Shown here in pieces: positions 28,301-36,100 of a DNA stretch of 61,949 bases (positions are counted from its first letter, which is position 1; every line of letters begins with the position of its first letter). A program made the position numbers and the translations under genes. Below the pieces are notes generated by a model. It had not been told where the DNA came from, made no database searches, and saw nothing but the letters and a program-made list of their open reading frames with translations. Origin of the DNA: a virus (Duplodnaviria > Caudoviricetes); the IMG/VR virus record IMGVR_UViG_3300036987_000305, positions 1-61,949 of that record. One strand, 5' to 3'.

Positions 28301-30745
28301 GCGGAGTTTCTGGGCGGCTTTATCGATCAGCGCTTCGGTATGCGGCTTATGAAGCGGCCGCAGAATATCGTCATTGTAGCTTTCGACGCCAAGCTCCACG
28401 AACTTTATCCCGGATTCTGCCAGCCATTCAGTATCAAACTTGTTGAAGGTCCCGGCAGTTGTCTGGATGATGAACCCATCGAAGTCGGGATTCTCAGCCT
28501 TTATCACCTTGTTAACTTCGGAAAGCATCTTATAATTCGGCGCCTGGCCAAACGTCTTATCGTTCAGATATACCAATTTCGCTTTCAACTTACCGAAAGA
28601 CCGGGCCTGTTGGAAGATGGCCTCCTTGGGCGGGGTCGTCAGGTCTTTCGGCACCGTGCAAAATGCGCACTTGAATTTACACCCTTGGGACATGGTCAAT
28701 CGTGGGATGACTTCGGATCCTTCAAAGTGCCGGTAGTCAGTGCCTTCGGTGTATTGCAGCCCGTACTTATCCGCGTAAGACTGGAGCGAATCATGCCACG
28801 TCGCATTTGGCAGATCGGCCATCTTGCTTTCGACATACCCGCCAATATCGATATTCCCAGCGTAATCAGCGGCCAGATCCTTGATCAGATTCTGATTCAC
28901 GTCGATCGCTGAGAAGACCAGGTTTGTATACCCAGACTCCGCAATGAAACGCTTCGCGGCTTCCATGTCGCGTACGACATAGACATCCGCATTCGGATTG
29001 ATGTGCGAGATAAACCCCATCCATTGCGGGATCTCCCAGAAGTCTGTTAGGCGTTTGTACCCAGGCACCGTCGCATACGTCTCATCATAATACTGCACGG
29101 ATTGGTCCGTCGGATCCGTCTTCCCGAGGAGAGTCGTTCCGAATTGGACCATGAGGGTTCTACCATCATTTGATGTAGATTGCACATCAAGATCCGGATC
29201 CGCCGATCGGCGTACCCAAGGATTGGACACGCTGTCGGTTTTCTTTACCGCGTCGGGATAAGTGAAATGCGGCCGGGAGACTGCGTTTCCGGGGATCTCG
29301 GCTGCGAGTTCCGGGGAGTATTGAACGTATTGTCCGCTTCGTCCTTGGACCTGTCCCGATACGCTTCCGCGCCCTGGAACTTCACCTTGATCCCCAAGGT
29401 CTTCAGCTCTTTGAGAAATTCTGCTCTGTCCATCCGGTACCTCCTCTAGCACGGTTTCGGTTTTGGCTTCCCCTTCTTCACTTATACCACCCCCTTCTTG
29501 CACAGTTGCCCCAGGTTGAACGATCGCGGCTGTAGACGGACCTTCAGCCGTCCCTGTTTCGGCGGTCGTTCCTGGGGCGTTTAATTCCGAAAAAGTAAAT
29601 TCTGATTTGGGCTTCGCGCTCGGGAGCATGGAGACCGGGGTGTCAGGTGCAGGCGCCGCTGGACGGACGCGATTATACACTTCTGTTGAGGTAGCCAAAG
29701 CCCCCGCCTGCAACGACCCGACTACCAGCCCCTGCGCCGCAGCTTCTGGGACTCCTTCCTTCCAGGGTTTCCCCATCGCGAGATTCGTAAAGATCTGTTC
29801 TTGCAGTGACTGGGGCATCTCCTCAAGAGCCCCTTCTTTGAATACCCCCTTAGCGATTGTCTTTCCGGCGTTCAGCAAGGTGCTACGCTCCCCCGCCCCC
29901 AGCAGGGCTTTAACCGCAGAAACTTCTACGTCCTTCAGCCCGGGGATCAGAGATGTTCCGTAAGATATGGCGGCCGTTCCGGCTCCCGCCGCTACCGCAG
30001 GTAAGATGCTTTGCCCCCAGGTACGTCCTTCTTGCCGCGCTCCTTCCTGGATCTGACCAGCTGTGATGGCCCCTTCGGAAATGGCACCAGCTTTCAAGAG
30101 CGTCTTCACCATCACGGGGGAGGAGAGGAACGCCTTGACCGCGGCAGTATCGCTAAGCGCAATCCCGGCGCGCTTCAATGCGGTGACAGCAACGGTTCGA
30201 ACCCCGCCCATTATCCCCAGCATCATCGGGGCGGATTCCAAAACCCCGCCGGCCGCGACAGACGGATCCTTGACAAGTGCCACAACGGTGTCCACGAAGC
30301 CCTTGGCTTCCGAGACACGGCGGTTTGCTTCCTTGCGCTCGGGGCTGTATTCGTCCTCGAGGATCTTCTTCGTGGTTTTTGGATCGTATCCGACCGCCTC
30401 CAGCGCTTTGCCGGTGAGATTCCCGGTGAACATATCCGCAATACCGACCATGCTCTCCCCGAACCCGACAACGCCTTTGGCCACATCCACGGCGACGTTC
30501 TTGACAGTCCCCATCGCACCATTTGGATCGGCGCCAATCGGCGCTTCAGCCGGTCTTTCCGGGACGACACTCATCGTAGTACGCGACGTGGCCATACTCT
30601 CCGGAGTGCGAACAGAGATCGTCGCACCCGTCGCGGACAGCGGACCAAGATATTCTATCCCCGACTCCTTTTCATCCAGGGGGCCGAGGTATTCTACGCC
30701 GGATTTCTCTGTAGGCAATGGCCCAAGGTACTCGACTTCAGGCAT
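22310..30745 (-). CDS. Giant polyvalent internal virion (ejection) protein: B12-type radical SAM, HhH-glycosylase-like, ART-like and zincin domains plus a helical C-terminal region
   Basis: SQGCKFKCAFC (CxxxCxxC), LNDKTF, ELGVES; GWY...LLAATS...ATADMWVAR...QETMW; LTHWS...GYIG...AIFEP; AHEIGH...EELYADA. It is the last of three ejection-type genes. Confidence 0.82.
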   Translation of the reverse strand: MPEVEYLGPLPTEKSGVEYLGPLDEKESGIEYLGPLSATGATISVRTPESMATSRTTMSVVPERPAEAPIGADPNGAMGTVKNVAVDVAKGVVGFGESMVGIADMFTGNLTGKALEAVGYDPKTTKKILEDEYSPERKEANRRVSEAKGFVDTVVALVKDPSVAAGGVLESAPMMLGIMGGVRTVAVTALKRAGIALSDTAAVKAFLSSPVMVKTLLKAGAISEGAITAGQIQEGARQEGRTWGQSILPAVAAGAGTAAISYGTSLIPGLKDVEVSAVKALLGAGERSTLLNAGKTIAKGVFKEGALEEMPQSLQEQIFTNLAMGKPWKEGVPEAAAQGLVVGSLQAGALATSTEVYNRVRPAAPAPDTPVSMLPSAKPKSEFTFSELNAPGTTAETGTAEGPSTAAIVQPGATVQEGGGISEEGEAKTETVLEEVPDGQSRISQRAEDLGDQGEVPGRGSVSGQVQGRSGQYVQYSPELAAEIPGNAVSRPHFTYPDAVKKTDSVSNPWVRRSADPDLDVQSTSNDGRTLMVQFGTTLLGKTDPTDQSVQYYDETYATVPGYKRLTDFWEIPQWMGFISHINPNADVYVVRDMEAAKRFIAESGYTNLVFSAIDVNQNLIKDLAADYAGNIDIGGYVESKMADLPNATWHDSLQSYADKYGLQYTEGTDYRHFEGSEVIPRLTMSQGCKFKCAFCTVPKDLTTPPKEAIFQQARSFGKLKAKLVYLNDKTFGQAPNYKMLSEVNKVIKAENPDFDGFIIQTTAGTFNKFDTEWLAESGIKFVELGVESYNDDILRPLHKPHTEALIDKAAQKLRDTGIKFIPNIIVGIQEETSETYERTLQFLRDNSDIVSHANVYNLAIYQGSELASKIAVAEAGDVDENVGKKSFHTDETIHREFEGKVYQETRAIKDLRPGQQEDEEYKFHEVPSSSVSSVDEERRIMAALESGKTAHPALKQAETALSPAERSAWKKIAKLAGPAWFTDHNIKAVFGTNEETKLQRLRKVLELYNFFDPTEMAAISKAGKEGLGWYENCRRFINHLFPIETMPYEHATFAQLLAATSVGMKPGENLEVALRAWMAWDKAKRPSDVSKLEKIFNDKFKAGIRADVIRKKIIDVFSGQYLGKLGNFKQPNYSLNIRGVLDLATADMWVARHMAFELLNPADPITGLRDYNTSVKQLLDNPMYIAFAARAREVANSMGLKVAEVQETMWSFVRVLYDALDPKVDTSSTADLFAAEDPVTLALNSISHLDIANVEDYLVSARRAVTAKKGKLYDTVKQFNSRSHRDGQGRFSQSDILGIEQARTGGSTRTVFGDQSKDDQNILRRFTEYLKKVKEEMRKYQAAEKALKDAKKDAVSETRGQGAPKEFRGKIVTLTHWSNQEKMKATDPSKHGTKGAGAERASKQMHPKLWLDKTYWGFGTYTAEPYVGPYRYSAQVNGNDLYDSWEDPLKLYPTDAEMKKAKLLGDKARNLLFEKKIQAAGYIGFVSTPYQAVAIFEPVKVTREAAGSAALPLLRNDPTSTTVDTGTDSADLDFADMGGYAETTSTETQREAYLKQVRSAIELPELVQLVKELSDGKAPKVMKFLKGAVGRFFPAKGRIGVLASMSQADVAKTLAHEIGHLADWLPNKDLKRGNILGRLASASKYDNSLLAEYPDSPNVILTDADRARMRAEAERQLKAEEIPDRVIVQEIIKEVPEYEQTSITPEMILDIMRGRTNDPAIILRFMQLADSATKKAVVLQAMKGIVDERVKALGGVGRQIGTKTITETVEVRMPGKYATEAEIKKRFNELLKEEIQKRQLFEKETIIAELKKLSMRWKPFNPDLDRKYTRYRWSSEELYADAISVLLNNPRLMETTAPTFTKAFFNYLDRKPTFKEVYDGLQELVKDPAMVMTKRRERYRGMAQRDVEIQNLKTNLLTEQRKFGRSKLWHEVMRTFVRKEQKAFDIARRLSKEGRKVRDEHRIEYWFTELPYINSIVSAFSKQVDDEIVIAADKEGISIVDLHEYMGQNRAATERADINNPGGESGPAAKAHLERMRQDMGDAKFNRLADYAFKFRALYEKHVLNVVADADFLPKKLVDYMLNNPDYATFVNLEYEIDKVYGTGYGSGPTAHIYKQYGMLGDVANVFGATLAKGMALIRAAEHHKTKMGVLEGLITEGNVAETMEEFREMKQNGTLPDVIKARPGAGGVFMPSPDADYGLIVVTPNGKTEGYYIDKELADMWAFNPDRAHGLLKLGMAGKAFIARLFIQWNLGWTLMNPIRDSFGTWQKMPEVSGYLMKGYKRTFTDAIKAGWGITTERELRLLREKKLTAERFWNSDTSYHQQEEEMLRRMADPTQYPNTVGGIMKRGIDYLERTKLDRFLLIPMYLRFVGKLGKAGERWAKYAAEEAVTLKEQATGIRLGKHEKTVAIIERAGTPNSLSGGLITKWTEIIFPFANIATQDLVSTSVAIKNKPATYAMKTFIANVMPHILFATMVAGWWGGEEGEIAKTAKKAGRYLRRMYTTIPIPTAWIGTALEWILGKKAQVLIGMLGDKGVFITIPQSYSGQMTGAIVDAAITRDFTGSMGALGLVTGAQPYNLHPLISSVIDWTRYYANGVIPVNTYYGSPTMSEEVAKAGGMRAFESLSKETWNGLFGGLVYKFQGTKVEEMNNEIKDVLGIVPFNTIGRLLRVSDTGTRERAQDVVNEERKIAANKSLDLKDKMIDATNKGEGADFETARELWLTAVETGQTNQSLKEFYGRYRDLGTRKEGNVYVNSFRSAATSAERAALLILWEKELPAKDYENVYEKLQKNRWITPPVIRKKKEMEDKK
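26752..26925 (-). CDS. Nested +1-frame ORF (57 aa) inside the polyvalent gene
   Basis: AGAAAGGA-7nt-ATG; MTPSSNSTPALTETGKGDLANLIFSELSKQEPEAPRELSSGTRARMIRTFFEDLPST*. Translated by hand; below the ORF-track size cutoff. Confidence 0.5.
   Translation of the reverse strand: MTPSSNSTPALTETGKGDLANLIFSELSKQEPEAPRELSSGTRARMIRTFFEDLPST
29245..29433 (-). CDS. Nested +1-frame ORF (62 aa) inside the polyvalent gene
   Basis: GAGGAGG-7nt-ATG; MDRAEFLKELKTLGIKVKFQGAEAY...; the host frame is a low-complexity G/Q/R/S linker here. Confidence 0.55.
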   Translation of the reverse strand: MDRAEFLKELKTLGIKVKFQGAEAYRDRSKDEADNTFNTPRNSQPRSPETQSPGRISLIPTR

Positions 30746-32089
30746 CTATATCTCCTTGTTTCCGTCCCATGAAACTACTCTACCGTTCACCTTGTATCTG
30801 CCGGGGGGTTTCCCCGCCAGGGGAGATTGCGGCCTGGAGCTTGCCGAAGTCGCGGAAGGAAGGTCCGCGAACGGGCTAATAAAATTAGCCGGAGTCAGAG
30901 GCCTTTTTGCCGGGGCGCCGGGCGTTTCTGTCTTTGCCGCCCACGCCGGATTGTACGGATTCTTTTTATCGAACTTGGAGCCACTGATCTTTGCGCGATC
31001 TTCCGCCGCCACGAATTCATCGAAAGGCATATTCGCGTATTTCAGATCCTGGATCCACTCTTTGTACCTGAGGGACTGCGGGGAAGTTTTCTCCGCGCCC
31101 TCTTTGTACTTCTTTCCCTGGCCGAGGACCTTCGTTACCACTCCGTCTTTATTGATGACAGACGTTTGAACGACTGTTTCCCCGGAGGCATCGGTCGTGG
31201 TCACGTCCTTGATGACGTTCCCCTTGTCCTTTATAATGCCCTCCCACTCTTTCGCCCATGCGCCCTGATCAGCCTGGATTCTCCCGGCTTTTACGTCTGC
31301 CAGTTTCCCGGCATAGAACGATTCAAATGCGGTATTAGGAATATCCTTCGCCTTATTCGTTTCGATCACCTTCAGGATATCCTTGACGCCATCGAGTTTC
31401 CCATCGATCAATCCGATCTGTGCGATCATTTGGAGGGTCTTGTTGTCTTTCAGGATCCCCTCGTTCTCTTTGATCCAATTCTGGACTTCGATGCTGCCCC
31501 GCATCTTGTCGAGATTCCCGGTCAGCCCCTGGGTCTTTGCCTTCGCATCTGTGGCGATCTGGGCCAAGGCCGCGACTTTCTCCGGGGGAGCCCCGGCCTT
31601 CATCGCGTCCGAATAGTTCTTCAGCGCTGTCGCTTCCTCCCTCGTAGCTACGCCGAGGAGCACGGGCTTCTCTGCGTCAAAGAGTTTCAGGTCCGTGGCC
31701 ATCGCTTGGGAGAATGCCTCCTGATCTGCCATCGTGAGGGTTGAGGGGTCTTTCCCCCCGAGAAACGCTTTCACGTTCTCCATGTGCATAAGCTGCTCCT
31801 CGGGGGCCATCCGTTGAAAGAGCGGACCAGCGGCGGGATTCCAAGGACGCTTGAGTGCATCGAGCCTCCGCCGCTTTTCGGCGACATCCAGCTGGGACCC
31901 CTCCACCGCAAGATCCGCGGCTTTCGTCTGCGTCTCCAAAAGCTTCGTCCGAAGGGGGGCCTCTGCCGCGTCCCGGGCGGCCTTGTCCTGGTTCTGCATC
32001 ATCTGCTGGACAACGCCGGCATTCTGCAACCCTCCGGTAATTCCCGAAGCAACCCCGGCGAGAGAACTTACATTGCTGAGATTTGCCAT
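30746..32089 (-). CDS. Putative internal virion/ejection protein
   Basis: Helical A/K/Q-rich protein; C-terminal GRYKVNGRVVSWDG; lies between the tail and giant-protein genes. Confidence 0.7.
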   Translation of the reverse strand: MANLSNVSSLAGVASGITGGLQNAGVVQQMMQNQDKAARDAAEAPLRTKLLETQTKAADLAVEGSQLDVAEKRRRLDALKRPWNPAAGPLFQRMAPEEQLMHMENVKAFLGGKDPSTLTMADQEAFSQAMATDLKLFDAEKPVLLGVATREEATALKNYSDAMKAGAPPEKVAALAQIATDAKAKTQGLTGNLDKMRGSIEVQNWIKENEGILKDNKTLQMIAQIGLIDGKLDGVKDILKVIETNKAKDIPNTAFESFYAGKLADVKAGRIQADQGAWAKEWEGIIKDKGNVIKDVTTTDASGETVVQTSVINKDGVVTKVLGQGKKYKEGAEKTSPQSLRYKEWIQDLKYANMPFDEFVAAEDRAKISGSKFDKKNPYNPAWAAKTETPGAPAKRPLTPANFISPFADLPSATSASSRPQSPLAGKPPGRYKVNGRVVSWDGNKEI

Positions 32090-32104
32090 ACCCTCCGTCC
32101 CCCC

Positions 32105-33094
32105 TTAAAATAAACTGCTGAAGAAACCAGCGACAGCTCCGACCACCCCGCCAACTAACGCACCTATCGGCCCTCCTACCGCCCCGATTGCTGCTCCTGT
32201 TGCTGCTCCTGCGGCAAATCCTGTAGCGGTACTGCCTACCATCCTAGCCGATTTCTCGTTTCTAATCAACCCCAAACTGAGGTTATGCCCCAAGTTTTCG
32301 GTGCTGTCTTTATGGAGCGCATCAAGCAATTTAGGAGCGGCGAATCCCGCAGCCGCCGGCCACATAAACGGCGCTGCCATTGAAGCGTATCCACCCGCCC
32401 CTGCTTCGGTCGCAGCGAGAGCCCCAGCTTCGCTTACCGATCCGATCGCTACCCCTCCGCCGTAAGGGCCAGCCCCGGCTTCAAGTGCCGCTGGGAGCGC
32501 CGCATTTCCGGCCAGCCCCACCACCCCGGTTTCTACCGCGGGGGCAGCTCCGGCTGCTAAAGTCGTCGGTCCCGCGACTCCGACAGGAGCGGTAGCGCTT
32601 GGGGCGGTAAGCGCGCCGATCGCAGAATCAATACCCGCCCCCACTTTCGCCGCTCCAATTTGAAGAGGATTGTACCCGTACGCTGACATTTGCCCATATG
32701 TTGCACCAGCTTCCGCCATCCCGGAGGCTGACAAACCGGTTGCGGTGCCGATCGTCCCGGGGGCAGCTCCTGCCGCGGCTGCTTTCGCAGGGCTCATCAA
32801 GTACAACGCCCCGGCCGTCGTCGCCAGATTGGCCATGGATGCTTTCGAACTAGCCGCTCGATTGGCCTCCGCGGTGTCCGTCGCGTTCTGCTGCCCGATG
32901 TCGAATTGCCGCACTTGCTCCGCTTGCTGCCGATTCCGCGCCATGTTATTCGCCGCGGCATCAAGTTCCGCCTGGATCAGCTGATCGAGATACCGTCTGG
33001 AAGGTATTCTACCAGTAGCCGATCCTTGCGCAAACGCATCCATGATCCGCCTGGTACCGGTTAGGCTGGGTGAAGAAATAGAATCTACTGGCAT
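32105..33094 (-). CDS. Putative ejection/pilot protein with a glycine-zipper C-terminus
   Basis: G/A-rich; GAATGAAIGAVGGPIGALVGGVVGAVAGFF. Confidence 0.7.
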   Translation of the reverse strand: MPVDSISSPSLTGTRRIMDAFAQGSATGRIPSRRYLDQLIQAELDAAANNMARNRQQAEQVRQFDIGQQNATDTAEANRAASSKASMANLATTAGALYLMSPAKAAAAGAAPGTIGTATGLSASGMAEAGATYGQMSAYGYNPLQIGAAKVGAGIDSAIGALTAPSATAPVGVAGPTTLAAGAAPAVETGVVGLAGNAALPAALEAGAGPYGGGVAIGSVSEAGALAATEAGAGGYASMAAPFMWPAAAGFAAPKLLDALHKDSTENLGHNLSLGLIRNEKSARMVGSTATGFAAGAATGAAIGAVGGPIGALVGGVVGAVAGFFSSLF

Positions 33095-33108
33095 AATTAC
33101 CCTCCTGT

Positions 33109-36100
33109 CTATCTTGTATGGTCGCGATCTTTCGTATAATACACCGACAAGTACAAAGGCTCAAGAGATTTTGTCTCGTCATCCGTTGTGGCCGAAAGTT
33201 TGAATACGTGGAATGTCCCGGGCAGGGAGAATATGTCCTGCATGACATTTGCATAGATATGCGTAGCATCAGCCACAGAAAGCGAATACGCTGTGCCTCC
33301 GGCGGTGGATCCATCGATCGTATGCGTCAATGTAACTGCGCTGTCCGTGTTCTTCGCCACGGCGATCAGGTTGGCCCGGGAGATAGATGTCTGCGCCAGC
33401 AGATCCGCCGCAATCGGTAATTGCGCTCCAGTTTCTAGAGTGGCCGTGATGTCGGTGCCCAAAAAAGTGGCACCGTTCTCTAACCGACACATGGTCCCCG
33501 TAGCGTTATCAATGAACCCGTACGTATGATAATTCCCCTCCGTGTCTTTCGCTTCTATCCCCATCTGTACATAGAGACCTGTGGTCCTATCAATTTCATA
33601 CCACTTCCAGCGCTGGAGGTCGAGAACATACTCCTTGTTTAAGGAATTATTCGAGGCCGCCGACTTCGTCGCCACGCTGGAACTCGTCGCGGCCGTTGTC
33701 ACGCCCTGCTGGATAACTTCTCCGCTCTGCCAGGTTCCCGAAGTCGGTCGGAAGTAGATGATGCCCGCGGCTGTCCCGGAGCCCCAGGCGCCCGTGATGG
33801 TGCCGATATGATCAACGACTCCCGCAGCCGACGACGTAGCCCCTGTAATGGTCTCCCCCGCCAGGGGCTCGTGCGCCCCCGTCGTGAACGAAATCTGGTA
33901 CAACTCCGTTGCCCAAAGCCAATGGTACTCGTGCTTGTGCTGATCAACGAATGCTTGTTCGTACACGAGCATGCTTGTATCCACGTGGGGAGTCTTTGTC
34001 TGGTCGAACACGTGGGCAATATCGTCCGATACCGAAAGCGGTGGTTGGCCATTTGAAATGTACACCCCTTTGTTTCCCCGCCAAATAGCGAGCGTCTTTG
34101 CCTGGTTGACATTTTTTTCCAGTTCGGCTGAGATAGTCTTTAGAGTTGCCGGCGCAGGGCACCCGATACTTGGGGATACCTGGTATCGGTCAAAGAATAT
34201 TTCGTCGTTATTGTACCCCCAAGTAAGCGTCCACATTTCGGTCTCTTTGAAGGCCAAGACCATATTGAATATATTGGACGCGTACTGCGCGAAAATTGAC
34301 GTCCCGCAGGTAAGCGCATCTGCGTTCCCGAAATCAATCTCGAAATAGTCGGAGCCGTTCCAGACGCTATCAGTACCTCCCGCGGAAATAATCATGCGAT
34401 TCTTGTACTGGTAGTTATCACAGCCGAGCATTAGCCTATCAGCCGCATGAATCGCGAAGGAGTATCCCTTGATCTCCTTCCCGAGGGGAATTCCGCCTAC
34501 GTAGTATATAGCGCATGAAGCGCTTAGCGTTTGACTAAAAGTGATTTTGTAATAGTAAAGGGAGTATCCCCCCGCAATTGATTTCTTATTCTCGCTGGTA
34601 GGGGTAGTGTTGTACCAACTGAAGACGCCCGATTTTCCAAGAGAAATGCCCGGGGTGCTTATCGTCTGATCAGTCACGCTCCCTACAGAAACATATTGCG
34701 CCCCATTCCAGTACGACACCGATGCAAGAGTATTCGCGGTGGTATTCTCTCCATTCGGGGCAACGTTAATCAAAAGAGCCGTTATTTTTTCGGTAAACCC
34801 TATCTCAAGGGAATCCCCGGTTGCGAAACTCCCGAGATTTAACCAGGAGGATGTGTCCGATAGAAGATACGTATCCGTACGAATCTGAAGAGTCCGGTCG
34901 GTTAACGTCGGGAGATTTTGATAGCATGATGCAATCGCCCGATACTCGTTGTCCCAGAGATCTATAATATTTTGAAAAGGGGCATCGACCGTTACGTAGT
35001 AGACCGTTGTTGCCGCGTCAATTCCGGAAAAACTAACATTATAAAAGTAGAGGAAACTCCCGTCGATATACCCCGGTTTCGCGGTAGCCACCGTCGAATC
35101 AAAAGTGATAGACTGCCCGCCTGTTACCTTCAGTGTTTTTCCGCTAGAAGCAGTGTAATCTACCTGGCCGGCTACTTGCGTAAAAGACGAGCCATTCCAG
35201 TAGCTAACAACCGCCGTTGACGTAGAGTCATTCGCCGTTCCAACATAGAACTTAATGCCTTTCAGCGGACGAACAGATCCTATGTAAACATTTCCGATAC
35301 TCCCCGATCCGCCCGGGGTCGAGTAGGGCGCCGCCGGTTTAATGAAGGAGCCCACATTCCGGCAGGTTTTACTTACTCGGACTTCATCGAAATACCCCCA
35401 GAAACTACCGTAGTACGGGGTCCCTGGATCCAGGTGCCTGAATAGATTTACCGCAGAAGTGTATACTTCTGCCCGGATCGTATCCGTCCCCGTAAAGACC
35501 AGGCTCCCGTTTAGAAACGCGTACCAGGTATCACCATTTTCACTGAATTGCACGTGGTACCAATCCGAGAAACTGTACGAAATTCCAAGGCCCGAAGCGT
35601 ATATGGGACTCGTCACCACTTCATGCTTCCGGATAGTCGCGTAGAGAATGTTGGTCCAAGGGACAAGCCCGAGTTTAAAGTAGTTTATGTCCGTCGTACA
35701 CGTTGCGCCGGTACAGATCGTCGTGTTGACCACAACTGTATCGATCGTAAACCGGGCGGTGTTTGTCGGCGTGAAGGCAAGACCTGCGGTACTAGCAGCG
35801 GTAAGAATTTCTGTATACGTGCCATCCGCGCCCCTCGCCGCACCCGACGCCCCGCCAAAACTGGCCGTGACGGTGCCCACAGACCAACCCGAAATGGTGT
35901 ATGTTACCCGGTACACCTCCCCCGCCACAGCGGCAAGGGTATTGTGCGCCAGCGTTCCCGTACCGTCACCGTCTTTATTTACCGCATTGCTGGAATACGT
36001 GAATCCCGCCGCGAGGGTCCAGTTGGTTGCTGCGCCCGTAAAAGCACCGTCGCCTGCCAGCAGGTCTGTGGTCTCGTACATCACGTTGCCGTCAGTCCAC

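Noticed and set aside
22547-31744. Many long + strand ORFs opposite the structural genes (e.g. 30063-31169, 27971-28912)
   Set aside because: Antisense shadows of GC-rich coding frames; no RBS or recognisable motifs.
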